Shown here: piece by piece, positions 12,598 to 24,891 of the stretch | Layout: every line of letters begins with the position of its first letter | Position numbering within the stretch: position 1 is the first letter of the stretch | NCBI GenBank assembly: GCA_965285935.1 | Contig: OZ260663.1 | Location: 90,210,001-90,274,000, forward strand | Source of the DNA: Ophelia neglecta | Lineage: Eukaryota | Direction: 5' to 3' | DNA: 64,000 nt | Notes under the pieces: generated by a model | The model's input: only the letters and a program-made list of their open reading frames with translations | Told to the model about the DNA's origin: nothing | Database searches by the model: none | Position numbers and translations under genes: made by a program

Positions 12598-15500
12598 CTA
12601 TAAGCTATAACAAGTATTATATATGGCTACACATATAGTATGCTATTCACTTGCCACTTTCAAAGACGAATACGATAAGCTAGTCTATGCGTATGATAGG
12701 CCTACAAGAAACAAGCAATGAAATGTAATATCATAGTGTCAATTCTTTAGTCAACGAATATTATTTGACTCTCTGTTTTATTCACGTTTGATGGTTAATT
12801 AACAAAATGACAATTCCAAAAATAGTGCAGAAGAAGATGAAGAACAATTAAATTGTGCATATTTATGAAATGGATACTTACAAAAAAGCTGTCAGAGTTT
12901 TTATGATTTTCCGAGAGTATTTGATCTTTTCCAATCAGCCTGCTTATGCCCAAAAAAAATTTGGCACTTTTGCCCTCGAGGTTCTCTGGATGGAGTTCAC
13001 TGCCACTGGCACACTTCGCGATCAGTAGACTGTCAAAACTATTTAGTGAACTAACTAGAAGTTACATCTAGTGGCAAGACGGGCCAAAACTGAACAATTT
13101 TCTTGCAAAAATTTACAACAGATAATATGTTCAGCAACGATATGTTTATTTTCCAATTATTGATCCTTGGGTGCCGTATTAGAAAGGTACAAGTTCATTA
13201 ATAATCACACTAGTTCTCTTCGCTAAGAACAGAAACGCATGTTTTTAATATATGTTTTAATATTCCATTAATAAGATATATAAAGACATAAATATTAATA
13301 GGTTCTGTTAAATCATCAATAATAAACAATTCTTTGTATTATTTGTGCCTACGAAATTTGTAGATAAAACCTTGTAGTGTTACCCGCATAGGTCGACACA
13401 TTGGTACTCTGTGTTGAGAGTGAATATAGATGTATACTTATAATACTCGGTTAAGGAATTTCACCACCGTTTACTCGTTGAAACCAACAACATCAAGTTG
13501 ACAATTATCCAAAAAGCCTATACTAACTTATGGCATCTGACATGTTGACAGACATACACAATGGAAAATATGCTTTGGGTGTGTGTGTGTGGGGGGGGGC
13601 ACTTATGCCTATTGCGTTGAGGTATTCTGGGTTTTCGAAACCGGACGCATTCATGTATTTCCCCTTGCCCAGTATGGATCAAAAGATAGAAAATGAGGGA
13701 AAATGTAGAAGTTTTATAGCAAATGAAAGGTAATGTTTACCGCGACGTATTATGTAGGTACAAAAAGTACATAAATCTGAATCGAATCATGTACATACTA
13801 GTCCTTTTTAAGGGCAACAGGCTTTAGTGAGACAATGTTCGGACATTCGATCTTGCGCAATAATCAAAAGTACCAATTTTTGTATTAACAAAGGGGACAT
13901 GAGTCAAATCACAGGACATCCGAGTCAGTGGTTATTGTGAGTTGAGGAGTATAACATATGTATGCCGTAGAACAATTGACAATGAAATAGGCTTTCTTGT
14001 GAATACGAGCTTCAGGTGAAACTGTTTTCCTAACGCTTGTGTTATGAGGGATGCATAGGTATATGCAGCCTGCAGTGAAAGCTGGTCACATAGAGAGTGG
14101 AGGGCAAATGATGTTCACCTTACCCTGGGTACCAGTCACCATTATCGTGCATGGATACACCCGTGACTAATGATTACAACAGTAGTGAAATAGGAGAACA
14201 AGGGCCCTAGCCATCAGTGGAAGAGGTCATTGAAAACCATCGAAGTGTTTTCTAGGGTAACATTAAAACAGTGTCAGCCAGTGCATTTACACAACTTTTC
14301 CAAAATAGTGTCACTCATTATATAAGGATTTTATAATTTGACAAGCCCTCGAAGCAAGTGCAGAACTTAGATAAACTGGCTGTATATCGGTTAACATGCT
14401 ATATGTTAGTTTAAACCCGCATAGTTCATAGCCGTCTGCTAGTGAATCGGACAAGAGGACTTGGCGTCTTCTGTGCATATCAGGGTGAATAGCACATGTT
14501 TCTAAAAAGGGCACAAAACACCACGAATGATGGTATGGGGAAACCTTACCATTGTAACCGAGACGAGATGTTTGCTATTGGAAAATAAATACATTTATTT
14601 TTTCTATAAAATAGTGACATTATAAGGCTATTTTCTTTTAAAAATAAATCCTAAGAAGCATAACCATAGGGTCCTAAATCCTAAATTGGACATTGACCAT
14701 TAGTACAACATTGGTTAAGATAAATTCGATTAATCGCAAGTCTATTTACAGCCCTATTCTCACAAACCTTTCTAGAACACGCAATCATTTGTTACTGATC
14801 ATATTAAATGTTTTCCAATTGTTCTTTTAGGAATGCATCTACAACCCTTTCCATTAAGTGTGCATAGTGAATAATTGCATATATACCACTTCGGAGTCAA
14901 AAGTAGTTCAAGTTTAGTCTACTATTGAGGGTAATCATAAAAGCAAGCTATATCAGTCTAGGTCTTTCTAAGGTTCGTGGAGAATGACTGTGCGACTGAC
15001 GTGAAAACATACTACATAGATACACTCTGGGTAAGGATATGCACCTTTGTCTATGTTGCACTATTTACAGGTTCGCAGTGATATATCATATAGACGAATC
15101 TAGTATTATTGCGTCGGGAAATTTGGGCTCTTCTCGCAAGGATACCGCTATTTACCTATTTTAGTGATATAGCGCCCACGCAGGGTGTGATGTAACTTCT
15201 CACTTAACAAGGTCTGCTGGATAAAGGTGCCACATAACCTGTCATAGTATATGTACATTAACATGCTAGTGAACTAAACATGTTTACAACTAAGCATCTA
15301 ACAAATTGAATTGTTAAAAATATACGGATTTGATACGAATATCGTAATGGTCACAAATAGGAAATGTAGTAGTGATGAACATTATCTTTTCAGAGCACTT
15401 TACATAATTTGAACATTACGTGAAAATCGCTAACAAGACGGCACATGATGTGCGCTTATAGGTTCATAACGTATATATTATTCAACCCCATTGTTTTCTT

Positions 15501-18061
15501 TGAGTCTTGGGAAAAACTGTACATTGAAAAAAGAAGTTATCTATCGCCATTGCAGAGCCGTGACCCAGTGAATGAACCCTAACTAAATTTTCATACAATT
15601 AATTCTAGTTGTCTCACCTTAAGTATTTTCCAAAAAAAAAAAAAATAATAATTTCCTGATATCTGTTGATACAATACAACTATATCCTGTTCACAGCGCC
15701 TTGGGTCACCCCGAGGCCCTGCCACACATTACACCTAAAATGTTTTGACCATTGGAACTGTCCGTGCGCATGTAGATTTTGCCAGGCCGCCCGCAATCGC
15801 GAGTCAATCAGAAGAAATCAGTTTGATGAAAGCTGACGAGGGAAGTAACTATTTATTAGGCATGTCCGGCACGGTAAATTGCTATCTGAGTCGTGTTAAA
15901 GCTTTGTAAGAACACCATTACGGCGATAGAGTATCCGACCAAGACGCCTAACACAAAAAGCGTATGCTTATAATCTAAAGTGACGCTACCAACAATATAG
16001 ATTTTGTTTGATCAGCTGCATCAACACGAAGCTCTACCAGCCTTGCGGAACCCATAGAAATGTTCTGCGATGCCAGGAATACGCTGGCAACTTTAAGCTT
16101 GTACACATAGACGGCCAGGATCTGATAAGCTGTACACCTTACACAGTAGGCGGAGCGTATAAAAAGTGTCAACATACTATGGCTGAAACCTGAAAAAATG
16201 CGTGCAGTATCTTCAATTATATGGCATCCATATTAACGGTAAGTTCACCTGTAACACGTGATACATGATAGGTGGCGGACACTTTTTTTAATTTGGCGAA
16301 GAGTGCTCTTATTCGTGAGCGTATAACTAGTGGGGCGTGTCTTCAGGGATTTCTCAGGTTCCTGGAAAGTTATGAAGAGGGGCAGGCCTTAACGCATAGT
16401 AGATATGGTCTGAGAGCAAGATACCACAACCATGATTAAACTCTGTTGGATCAGAGAAGAAGTTTTGTCAACTTATTGGTCGTTCTAAAATCAAAAATTC
16501 TTCCTATCATATCCTTGTTGTTATTTATCCACACTTGACCACTTCTTTGTACCATATTATATGCACACTACTTTCATTAAAGCACCCTGTGAAAACAACG
16601 TTTGCTAGACGTAAATCATTTCCAGTTTCTTCTATCTTCCTTGATATCAACGTTAACTTTGTAGAGAGTGATTTTGTTTTAAGGAACACATATTGTGTGA
16701 TATGGCGTCGGTGGTTGACATTCAGTAAAAATGAGGAGCAAGAGAATTATTATAATTTATTCTACACCAGGAGATGTTATACCTAAAACAGTGCAAAATA
16801 AACTAATATTAAGCCTAGTGCATATATATTGAAAGAAGCTATACATGAGTAGGCAAAATAAACCGATAGGTATTTACATTACGAGAATGGTGTAGACAAG
16901 GATTTATCACTGAGCGAAATTCCTAAGGATTATAATAGAAATAAGTAGAATCCAGATGGAGAGCTTATTTTGCCTGGAACAGTTATATACATCTATTTTA
17001 TACTTATGCTAAAACAAAATTAATCTGCTTATGTGCTGTTTTGAAAATATTGCAAGCTTAACCACTATGTGCAAGTGGCCAACAACTCAATGAAAAAAGT
17101 GCAATTCTTTTCGGTATGATCAAAGGCTTTAAGCGCTTGAGAAACTCCGTGGTGGATTAGTGACGTCCTCCGCCTAGGGGATCAAAATCCTGGTAAAAAT
17201 ACTAGAGACGAGACTCTTGAAATGTGGCTATGTTCTTTGGGGTTAAGCTTGGGGCAAGGGTTAATAAGGGAATGGACGTCATTAGATTGTCGGTTAAACC
17301 GCTTCACATTAATTTCTTAACATATTTCTATTATTATCTCCTGTATTTTTCTCAAATTTCATGTTATATTTAACAGCATGCCTCCTTCAGATGAAGTGTT
17401 CTTTACCTTTAACAAATGTGACGATTTTCTTTTTTCTTCCTACAAGGATCGTAATAATATACTGCCTCGCCTTCGGTACGTCACCTTTAAATGTTGCTTT
17501 AATAGTTCGCAGTTTTCCGGGCTTGTATTAATACACATAAATGAGAACCGGTTTTATTACCGTAACAATGGTTCTCGCCTTATCTTGTAGATTAATACAA
17601 CCCAATCAGTGTCATCATTGTTCAAAGTGAATAGCCTTATAATGCCAGGCTGTTCTCTCCGGGAGATTAACAAAATCGCAGGACAACACGATATCATCAC
17701 TCAATTAAACCACAAAGGAAGTCAGAAATTAGCATCATATTATACTTTGCAAAAAAAAATGTTATTCGGCTATTTCTGGATCTTACTAAAGAAATCAAAC
17801 CTATTACCTTTTTAAGTAGTTTGCTTGCTTCAATTAATCTATGAGAGTATAGCTTTGTTCATATATAATTAGAAATACAACACCACTTTTATATGATTTA
17901 TGAGGCACAACTATTGAATCAAAAGGTATAATCATATTATTGTTCCATCACACTGGGTTTCCTATGTCTGCCCTTTATTTTGATTTAAATAGAGAAGAGA
18001 ATTGTCAGTTCACAGTGGCGCCTGATCTGCTGTACAGAAGAGTGTTTGTAACCAAGGATTG

Positions 18062-21000
18062 ATGATGGAAGTGTGCCACCTCTTATGCTATAACTGTTTT
18101 CTTATACTAATCTTTCCGTGGGAACTTTCAGGAAAGGAATGGGGTGTGTTCGTTGACTTGTCAGCTGCTCGTTGTGGCCTCAGGGCATTAAAAATTACAA
18201 AGCTTAGCCCCATTTTGATTATGAGCAGTATTGTAGAATGCATGGGCCAAACGACCAATGAGTGGGGAAGCATAGATATCGAAAACGACACAACTGGGAC
18301 ACAACCTTTCGGCAGTTTCCAACTCGTTTTGGCAAAAGAGGAAATGGCCAACGCCCAGAGTCAACCATATGTCTTCAAAGTCATAACACATCCTCGTCTG
18401 GGAATTAATATAACAATGGAGAGGTTTGAGATGGGTTATTCTGGAGAACCTTGTTTTTATGACCGGATGGAGCTTTACCAAAAGGCAAGTGTTAACCAGA
18501 CAAGAACCTCTTTTGGTAGGTATTGTGGAATCCGACCAGTGTGGAACATATACTCTAGTGAGCATATGATAGAATGTCACATTGTATATTCAGGTTCCTT
18601 TGGTATCGATTTACAAGCAAGCTATCAACCGTACGACTTGGCTGACATCACTGTGATTCGAGCGAGTGCTGGTATCACCAGGATAATCTCGAATGATTCG
18701 TATCCTTGCAACGAGGACGTATCTTTTCAACGAGATCCTTTAGAAAATGGAGAATATGTCATATTATGGGACAATGTTCAGACTTACAGCTGGGTGTATC
18801 AGGCCAATTATGCAAAAACTGTATCAGTAAATATGCACTTAAAAGGGAGCAGGATAGGTGATGTTCTAGCGCTATACGAGGGACCAGTTAAGGATTTGGC
18901 GATGCTTATATGGACATCAACCCATTTGGAGCCCTTTTCTGGCAGTACAATAAGTCGTCGGTCCGTCGGACCCCTTCTTACCGTGACCTTAACCACTAAC
19001 GACATGTCCACAATAACATTGTTAGTGTCAGCCTGTGACGCCGATGGTATGCTTGATAAATACAACATGTCGTTGGCCGAGGATCCAGTTACGCTCCAAA
19101 GCAGCCAGGTTTGTCTAAACAACAAACGCGTTGTGTATTGTATAATTACTTTAAATACATTGCCCGGGTTCTACCCTAGTGTACTTGTTAATGACTTGAT
19201 GTACGATGGACCAGATTTCAATTATTGCGCGATAGCTATGGTGTCCGTTTTTGACCGACAAACCGAAGAAAAGGAACTGGTGTTCCAGTTTTGTCGTTAC
19301 AATCAAGAAGTGTCTAATTGGACATTGGTAGGAAACGGACAAAACATTGTGATTCTCATACACTCATATACTCCGGTAATGAAATATTTAGACCAAAATA
19401 AGGTAAAGGGTATGTTTAATTTAAACATTACCACATCAGCCAGTCACTGCCGTGGCTTCAGGATGGAATGCAATCCCAACATTTTGCATTATGAGTGGAG
19501 ATACATAATGAACTTGCCTGCACCGTGTAATATTGTCCAGTTAAGGCCTTTACCAAATAGATTTTCGACTAAAGCTGAAAGTAGACAAGTTTGCTTCCAC
19601 AGATTAGCTTATGATTACGAGGTTGCATTATCCCGTGCTATGTACTCCATAACAGTAACCGCTTTAGGCTGGTCTCATATGTGTAAAGAAGACATTTACA
19701 TGCGAATAGAGATCAGTGATGCAGAAATACGTGGCTCTTTCTCCGATGCCATAAGATCTGGCTCTCGAATGTATACTGGAGACCTACTTAATATCCGCGT
19801 CATGAATTACTGCTTATGGTCTCGAACATGGTTTGATGTGATTGTCGAAAACTTTTGCGGCAAAAATGTGAATAAAGTCAGTTTCGATTGGCCCATCGTT
19901 GCAACAGAAATATCACCTGTGTGTTATTCGGGAAACCTACCAGCTATGAATAGAGTCTTCAGGTTCATTCCGCAAGTTGTCGACACAAAAGAACTCTCCA
20001 ATGATGTAAACACAGTACCATCTATTCTACCAGAGGACTTTGATAATATGGCTAAAGAAGAGTGTACACATCCCAACGGCACATATTGTATGCTGGTAAT
20101 GTCCTTATCGATGTCAAAGTCATGCCCTGAACATTGCGTGAAGGACCAGATGGAGATATTGGACGGACGAGGGGGGACTATGGGAAGCATGTCATATTTG
20201 CGGTTCTCAAGGGCGTTTATAAGACACTTTAGTTTCACTTTTCAACCTTCCAACTGGAAGCAGATGGCTGTGTTGGTTGATAGGGAGTTCAACGCAACTG
20301 ATGAGTGCCGTCACAGCCGATGCACAACCAAGTACTTGGTCAGCCATTCTATGCGCTCTTTGTATTTTTCGAGAGAGACAGACACCCCGGAATTTGCTTT
20401 AAGGGAAGAAACATTCATTGAGTTTAAGTATAGATCACATATATATTTTCTGTTTCCTTTAATTAATTCGACCTGGAGACAAAGCAGAGTGTTGTGCACA
20501 AATAGGCAGGCAGATTTGGTAACGATAGTAACAACCGAGGAAGAAGACGTCATAAAAATGGCATACGACTATAGAGTTCAAAATCAAAAGGGAGGTGTGA
20601 GGGAGGGCATGGCGTTTATCGGATTGAAGGGGAATAAGGTTTGTATTTAGCTGTACTAGAACGTCGAAAACTTACAACGACCTATTCACGAAATAACAAA
20701 GTCAAAACTTCTACACATGAGGAAGGCCTTTCAAAATACTATACAATATGACCGTCTTATTAAAACAAAATGTAATGAAATTATATATATGTATTGGCAA
20801 GTGATAGCTGTAGTGGGGAGGGATGGTGGTGGTTGGGCTAGGGGTTGGTGGTAGTGGTGGCGTGTGTGAGTATGTGGGTGTGTGTGTTTGTGCGCGCGGA
20901 GGGGGAGGAGGGGTTCTTGTTGTTCTTCTTCATATTATACAAAATTTCATTGTGTATTTTACATCCAAAGTCTGACCGACATCCCGGCAGATGGATCGAC

Positions 21001-22212
21001 GGACGTCCCCTAACTTTCACGCGCTGGAACACATTACCCAGGACAGGCCAACAACTGATCACCCTGAGGCACGCCGGTGGAGTCAACTTTCATGGTTTAG
21101 AATATCCCTGGTTTTCCTACGTAAAGAATATCTCACGAGAAGTACAGCCAATGGTAGATTTAGATTGCACCGCAATGGTCATCACTACTGGTTTACCAGC
21201 AGTATGGATTAGTGTTTCGTGCGATCGGACTTTCTACGATGTTAACCTTCTGTGCAAGGCCCCGTTAAATGAGTATCGGACTGGGTCGTATGTAAGTGAC
21301 ACGGAAAAAAAGCCACTGCGTGTCTCTGACGGATTCATGACATCCTGCAGAGGTTTGGCAGTGATTTCGATTAATGATATTTGTGTCGGATTGAGAAAAA
21401 CAAGCATAGCTTTTGATAACTCTACCGGAAATGAACTGCTGAATCTGACAAATAAATTCCTGAAACATTCCCTCCTTCCTCTGATCCATTCCCTTAGTCA
21501 TGCCATCAATGCTTTATTTGTTGTCAATTTTGAAGGCCAGTGCACAATAATTTACCCTGCCAGTGAAGCAAGATATGAACAAGTGCTTCACAAATGGCGT
21601 AAGCATGATTGTACCAGTCGTTTATTGAATGAATCGTCGAATGTGTATGGGTTAGTAGAGCTACGCCATAGTACCATACAGATGGAATGCCCCAATGGCT
21701 TTTTCTCATGTGACGATGGCACTTGCATCCCACAATTTCGTCTTTGTGATCAGGCCGTGGATTGCAATGGCCGCGAAGATGAGATCGGACAAATCTGTGT
21801 CGGTATGTTCAACAATTGGCCTCCTTCTCTCGAAATGAGTGACACACACCCTTGCAGGTTTCACGCGCTTGCTGCTTTCCTATGCGATAACGGTGAGTGC
21901 ATTTTGGATATCCAGAGATGTGACTATGTGGTCGACTGCGCTGATGCATCCGATGAACGTGAATGTTCTTACAGAACCCGAAGACCACTACCTGGTATGT
22001 TTCAATGTTATAATGGACAGCTTATAGACAATCACAAGAGATGCGATGCGCACAAGCATTGTTTAGATTCATCCGATGAAGACAACTGTAACCAATCACC
22101 ACCTTGTAGACATCCACACTTTGTTTGTGATGGTAAATGCCTGTCAAGAGGTAGGGTTAATGATTTGATACCCGATTGCTTAGATGGAAGTGATGAAAAT
22201 GTATACAATTGA
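18062..22212 (+). CDS. 5' part of GRL101/LGR-type GPCR: signal peptide, CUB-like domains, C-type lectin domain, 4 LDLa repeats; ends at a transposon-created TGA (exons 18062-20638, 20971-22212)
   Basis: Hydrophobic N-terminus; CUB-like motifs (GINITMERFEM...CFYD...GRYCG; CIITL...C...FCRY). Phase-0 intron AAG|gtttgt (20639) to ccaaag|TCT (20970) joins the CTLD halves (WRQSRVLC...LVTI...FIGL|...WIDG...FTRW...C...W..VSC...LLCK). LDLa repeats with DC.D.SDE. Confidence 0.88.
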
Positions 22213-22881
22213 CCATTCCTGCAATACCATACGCCGCCTGGTGGTGACCGCAGAACTACGGTTTTCGTACTTCTCGGTCGACCACTTTTCGCGAGCCACT
22301 GCGCATCCCACTGCGCATGTTATGCAGGTCACCAAGGGACATGCGAACAGCTGATCAAGATGGCTTGACAAGCTGTCCCCAGTTGTTCCACGCGAAGTAT
22401 TTCGGATCTCCAATCGCGACTCCTCGTTTATTAACCAATTGTTCTTGGTCGAAATGTCTAGAACACAGCCTAGATCGTTTGTTCACGTTTAATTTGTCAA
22501 CGATCGTGTAGTTTCCTTCGAAGGTTTGCCTTCTCTTCGTACAAGGCGCCGCCATCATGCAACCGATGCCGGGTTGTCACGGGGCCATTTAACCCAAGAT
22601 ATTTGTTCCATCCAAGGATATTTGTCCAAGTGTTTCATCTTCCTGCTATGCGAGAAGCATTCTGTTGCCTCGAAGATAAACACCATCGTCCCTTCTTTCG
22701 TTTTAAAGCTCAAAATAACGGTTGTACGACGCAGACCTCAGCATAACATGAAAAACGCCATGCATTGTTTATGACAGCTTGGGTCCGCCGACTGGAGTGG
22801 TCGACTTTTTTCCCACAATGCATTGCGCGATCGTAGTTCTGCGGTTTCCACCAGGCGGCGTATGGTATTGCAGGTATGGTC
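22211..22881 (-). mobile_element. Non-autonomous TIR DNA transposon carrying a decayed THAP-domain ORF (ISL2EU/PIF-Harbinger-group-like), inserted in GPCR exon 2
   Basis: ~50-bp imperfect TIRs (gaccattcctgcaataccatacgccgcctggtgg..accgcagaactacg and its reverse complement at ~22832-22881), flanked by AATT on both sides (equivalently an AT TSD around TGACC...GGTCA). Minus strand from 22686 reads MVFIFEATEC...KWPRD...*WRRLVRR, then after a frameshift RLCSRHF...DPKYF, a THAP signature. Confidence 0.9.
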
Positions 22882-24891
22882 AATTCGATTCTAATCACTG
22901 GAGATGAGTCAACTGAATGCAACAAAGCAACCCACTTGCCATGCTTGAAGGGGCATCCTCTGTGTTACCCCATGGAGAAAACATGTATGTTAGAGTTTGA
23001 TCTTGATAAGCAACTACTTTACTGCAGGAATGCTGCTCATCTTCAGAATTGTAGCATGTGGCAGTGTGCAAACAGCTACAAGTGTCCAATGTCATTCTGT
23101 ATCCCTTATAGATACGTATGTAACGGAGTGGCAGACTGTGTTAACGGTGAGGATGAATCGCAGTGCGAGGTCGGCGTAACATGTCCGGGTATGTTGCGGT
23201 GTAGCGGGATTTGTATCGAACCGGCGGAAATCTGTGACGGAGAAGTGCACTGCCCTAACGGTGATGACGAGAGAGTTTGTATATCCGAATGTCCTGACAA
23301 CTGTCAATGTGTTGGATTATCAGTTGCATGCTTATCCAATATGTTAACCCGTATTCCACACGTTAATTATATGTTAAGTAGCTTGGTTCTCAGTCAAAAC
23401 ACTCTATCATCCATAGATCTGCCCCCAACAGAAAACTATGGAAAATTACGTTCTTTGTTTCTGATCAACAACAAAATTTCCGATTTGGCCGCAGGCGCAA
23501 ATAATGTATTAAATAATTTGCCAAGTTTAAAGGTTTTGGATTTGTCAGGCAATCAGTTACAACATGTCGATTCGTTGAGCTTTCCTTTCAGAAGTAACAC
23601 AGTACATTACCTTTCCCTGGCATCAAACCATATATCATCATTGATGAATCATGCATTTATGGGATTTACGCACCTAGCCTCTTTAAACATTTCAAACCAG
23701 ATGCTTTATGATATATCTGACGATGCATTTTTTGGCGTTGTAAACTTGCACACGCTTGATTTACACAACAATCGCCTTTTCCAATTGAAAGTGACATGGT
23801 TTAAAGCGATGCCGAAATTGTCTTTTCTATATCTTAAAGGAAATCAAATATTTATGGTAGAGCCTAATGTTTTCCAGTCTTTGAGGGCAGACGTACATGT
23901 CGAGTTCAGTGATCCAGACTTATGTTGCTTGGCCAATTTGATAAACTGCTGGCCGAAGCGCCAAATCTTTAATGAATGCACCCGATCAATACTTTCTCTT
24001 CATACAACAATTTCTACTTGGCTTTTTGTGGTGATTTGTATTACTGGTAATGTAACAGTCATTTATTATCTGCAGCGAGGTAGTACGAGGCTAAATGGTC
24101 ATTCGTTACTTGTCGTTAATCTGGCAGTGTCTGATTTGGCATACGCAGTTTATTTAATCATTATTGCTGCAGCAGACATACACGACCCTCATGCATTTTA
24201 CGACAAACTCTGGAAGAAAAGCATTATGTGCAAGGCTGCTGCGTTCCTGGCTACCCTGTCTCACTTAATGTCGACTCTTTTGAGAATTCTCATAGCTTTT
24301 GATCGCCGTGTTGGTATACTGACTCCACTTAAGACACTCAAAAGTTCAAGAGACAAAAAGAAAGTTGTCTTGCTCTCTTGGCTTGCCAGCATTTGTATTT
24401 GTTTGATTCCGTTTAATCCGTTTGGCTTTGCCTGGAAGTCTCTGGCGCACTCAGCCTGTGTTACCTTCACCTTGACAGCTGATGACACATTCCAATTTGT
24501 ATTTTCTACCATTCTATATGTTTTTCTCACTTGCTGTGTGAGCTTGGCATTGTCAGTCATATACATTACTTTATATTTGGTCCTTATGAAAAGAAATACG
24601 AAATCCCAGCATTCTGGGAACAGCGTCGGCAATACAAAGAGGTATGCCATGAATTTCTCTTTAATCATTCTTTTAGGACTACTCTCCTGGATTCCAGCTG
24701 GAATAGGTTTATTGCTTTCATTGTCTGGAGTCCAATTACCTCGAGAACTCGTCCTTTGGATTTCAATATACATTTTACCAATGAACGCCGTTCTAGATCC
24801 GTACATCCTGACAATCTGCACTAAAAGTTTCCTAGGAAAGTTGTCTGGCCCAAACCTGACTAAAATTACCAGCACTAGCGGCCTTGAGTGA
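22876..24891 (+). CDS. 3' part of GRL101/LGR-type GPCR: LDLa repeats, LRRNT + LRRs, rhodopsin-class 7TM
   Basis: 671-aa ORF: atypical Cys module (CLKGHPLCYP...CRNAAHLQNC), 2 LDLa, CPDNCQC LRRNT, LxxLxLxxN repeats, hinge LCC...C...C, 7TM (GN; NLAVSD; W..S..CKAAAFL; FDR; C; WIP; ILPMNAVLDP). Same reading frame as the ORF upstream of the insertion; its ATG lies within the transposon TIR. Confidence 0.92.
   Translation: MVNSILITGDESTECNKATHLPCLKGHPLCYPMEKTCMLEFDLDKQLLYCRNAAHLQNCSMWQCANSYKCPMSFCIPYRYVCNGVADCVNGEDESQCEVGVTCPGMLRCSGICIEPAEICDGEVHCPNGDDERVCISECPDNCQCVGLSVACLSNMLTRIPHVNYMLSSLVLSQNTLSSIDLPPTENYGKLRSLFLINNKISDLAAGANNVLNNLPSLKVLDLSGNQLQHVDSLSFPFRSNTVHYLSLASNHISSLMNHAFMGFTHLASLNISNQMLYDISDDAFFGVVNLHTLDLHNNRLFQLKVTWFKAMPKLSFLYLKGNQIFMVEPNVFQSLRADVHVEFSDPDLCCLANLINCWPKRQIFNECTRSILSLHTTISTWLFVVICITGNVTVIYYLQRGSTRLNGHSLLVVNLAVSDLAYAVYLIIIAAADIHDPHAFYDKLWKKSIMCKAAAFLATLSHLMSTLLRILIAFDRRVGILTPLKTLKSSRDKKKVVLLSWLASICICLIPFNPFGFAWKSLAHSACVTFTLTADDTFQFVFSTILYVFLTCCVSLALSVIYITLYLVLMKRNTKSQHSGNSVGNTKRYAMNFSLIILLGLLSWIPAGIGLLLSLSGVQLPRELVLWISIYILPMNAVLDPYILTICTKSFLGKLSGPNLTKITSTSGLE

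Noticed and set aside
14040-14520. Possible decayed RNase H-containing LINE tail (TLPWVP..., WLYIG)
   Set aside because: Too degenerate to support by eye; needs a profile search.
20845-20970. Hydrophobic N-terminus of the 455-aa ORF as a signal peptide
   Set aside because: It derives from GT-rich intronic simple repeats; the phase-0 splice at 20971 completes the lectin domain instead.
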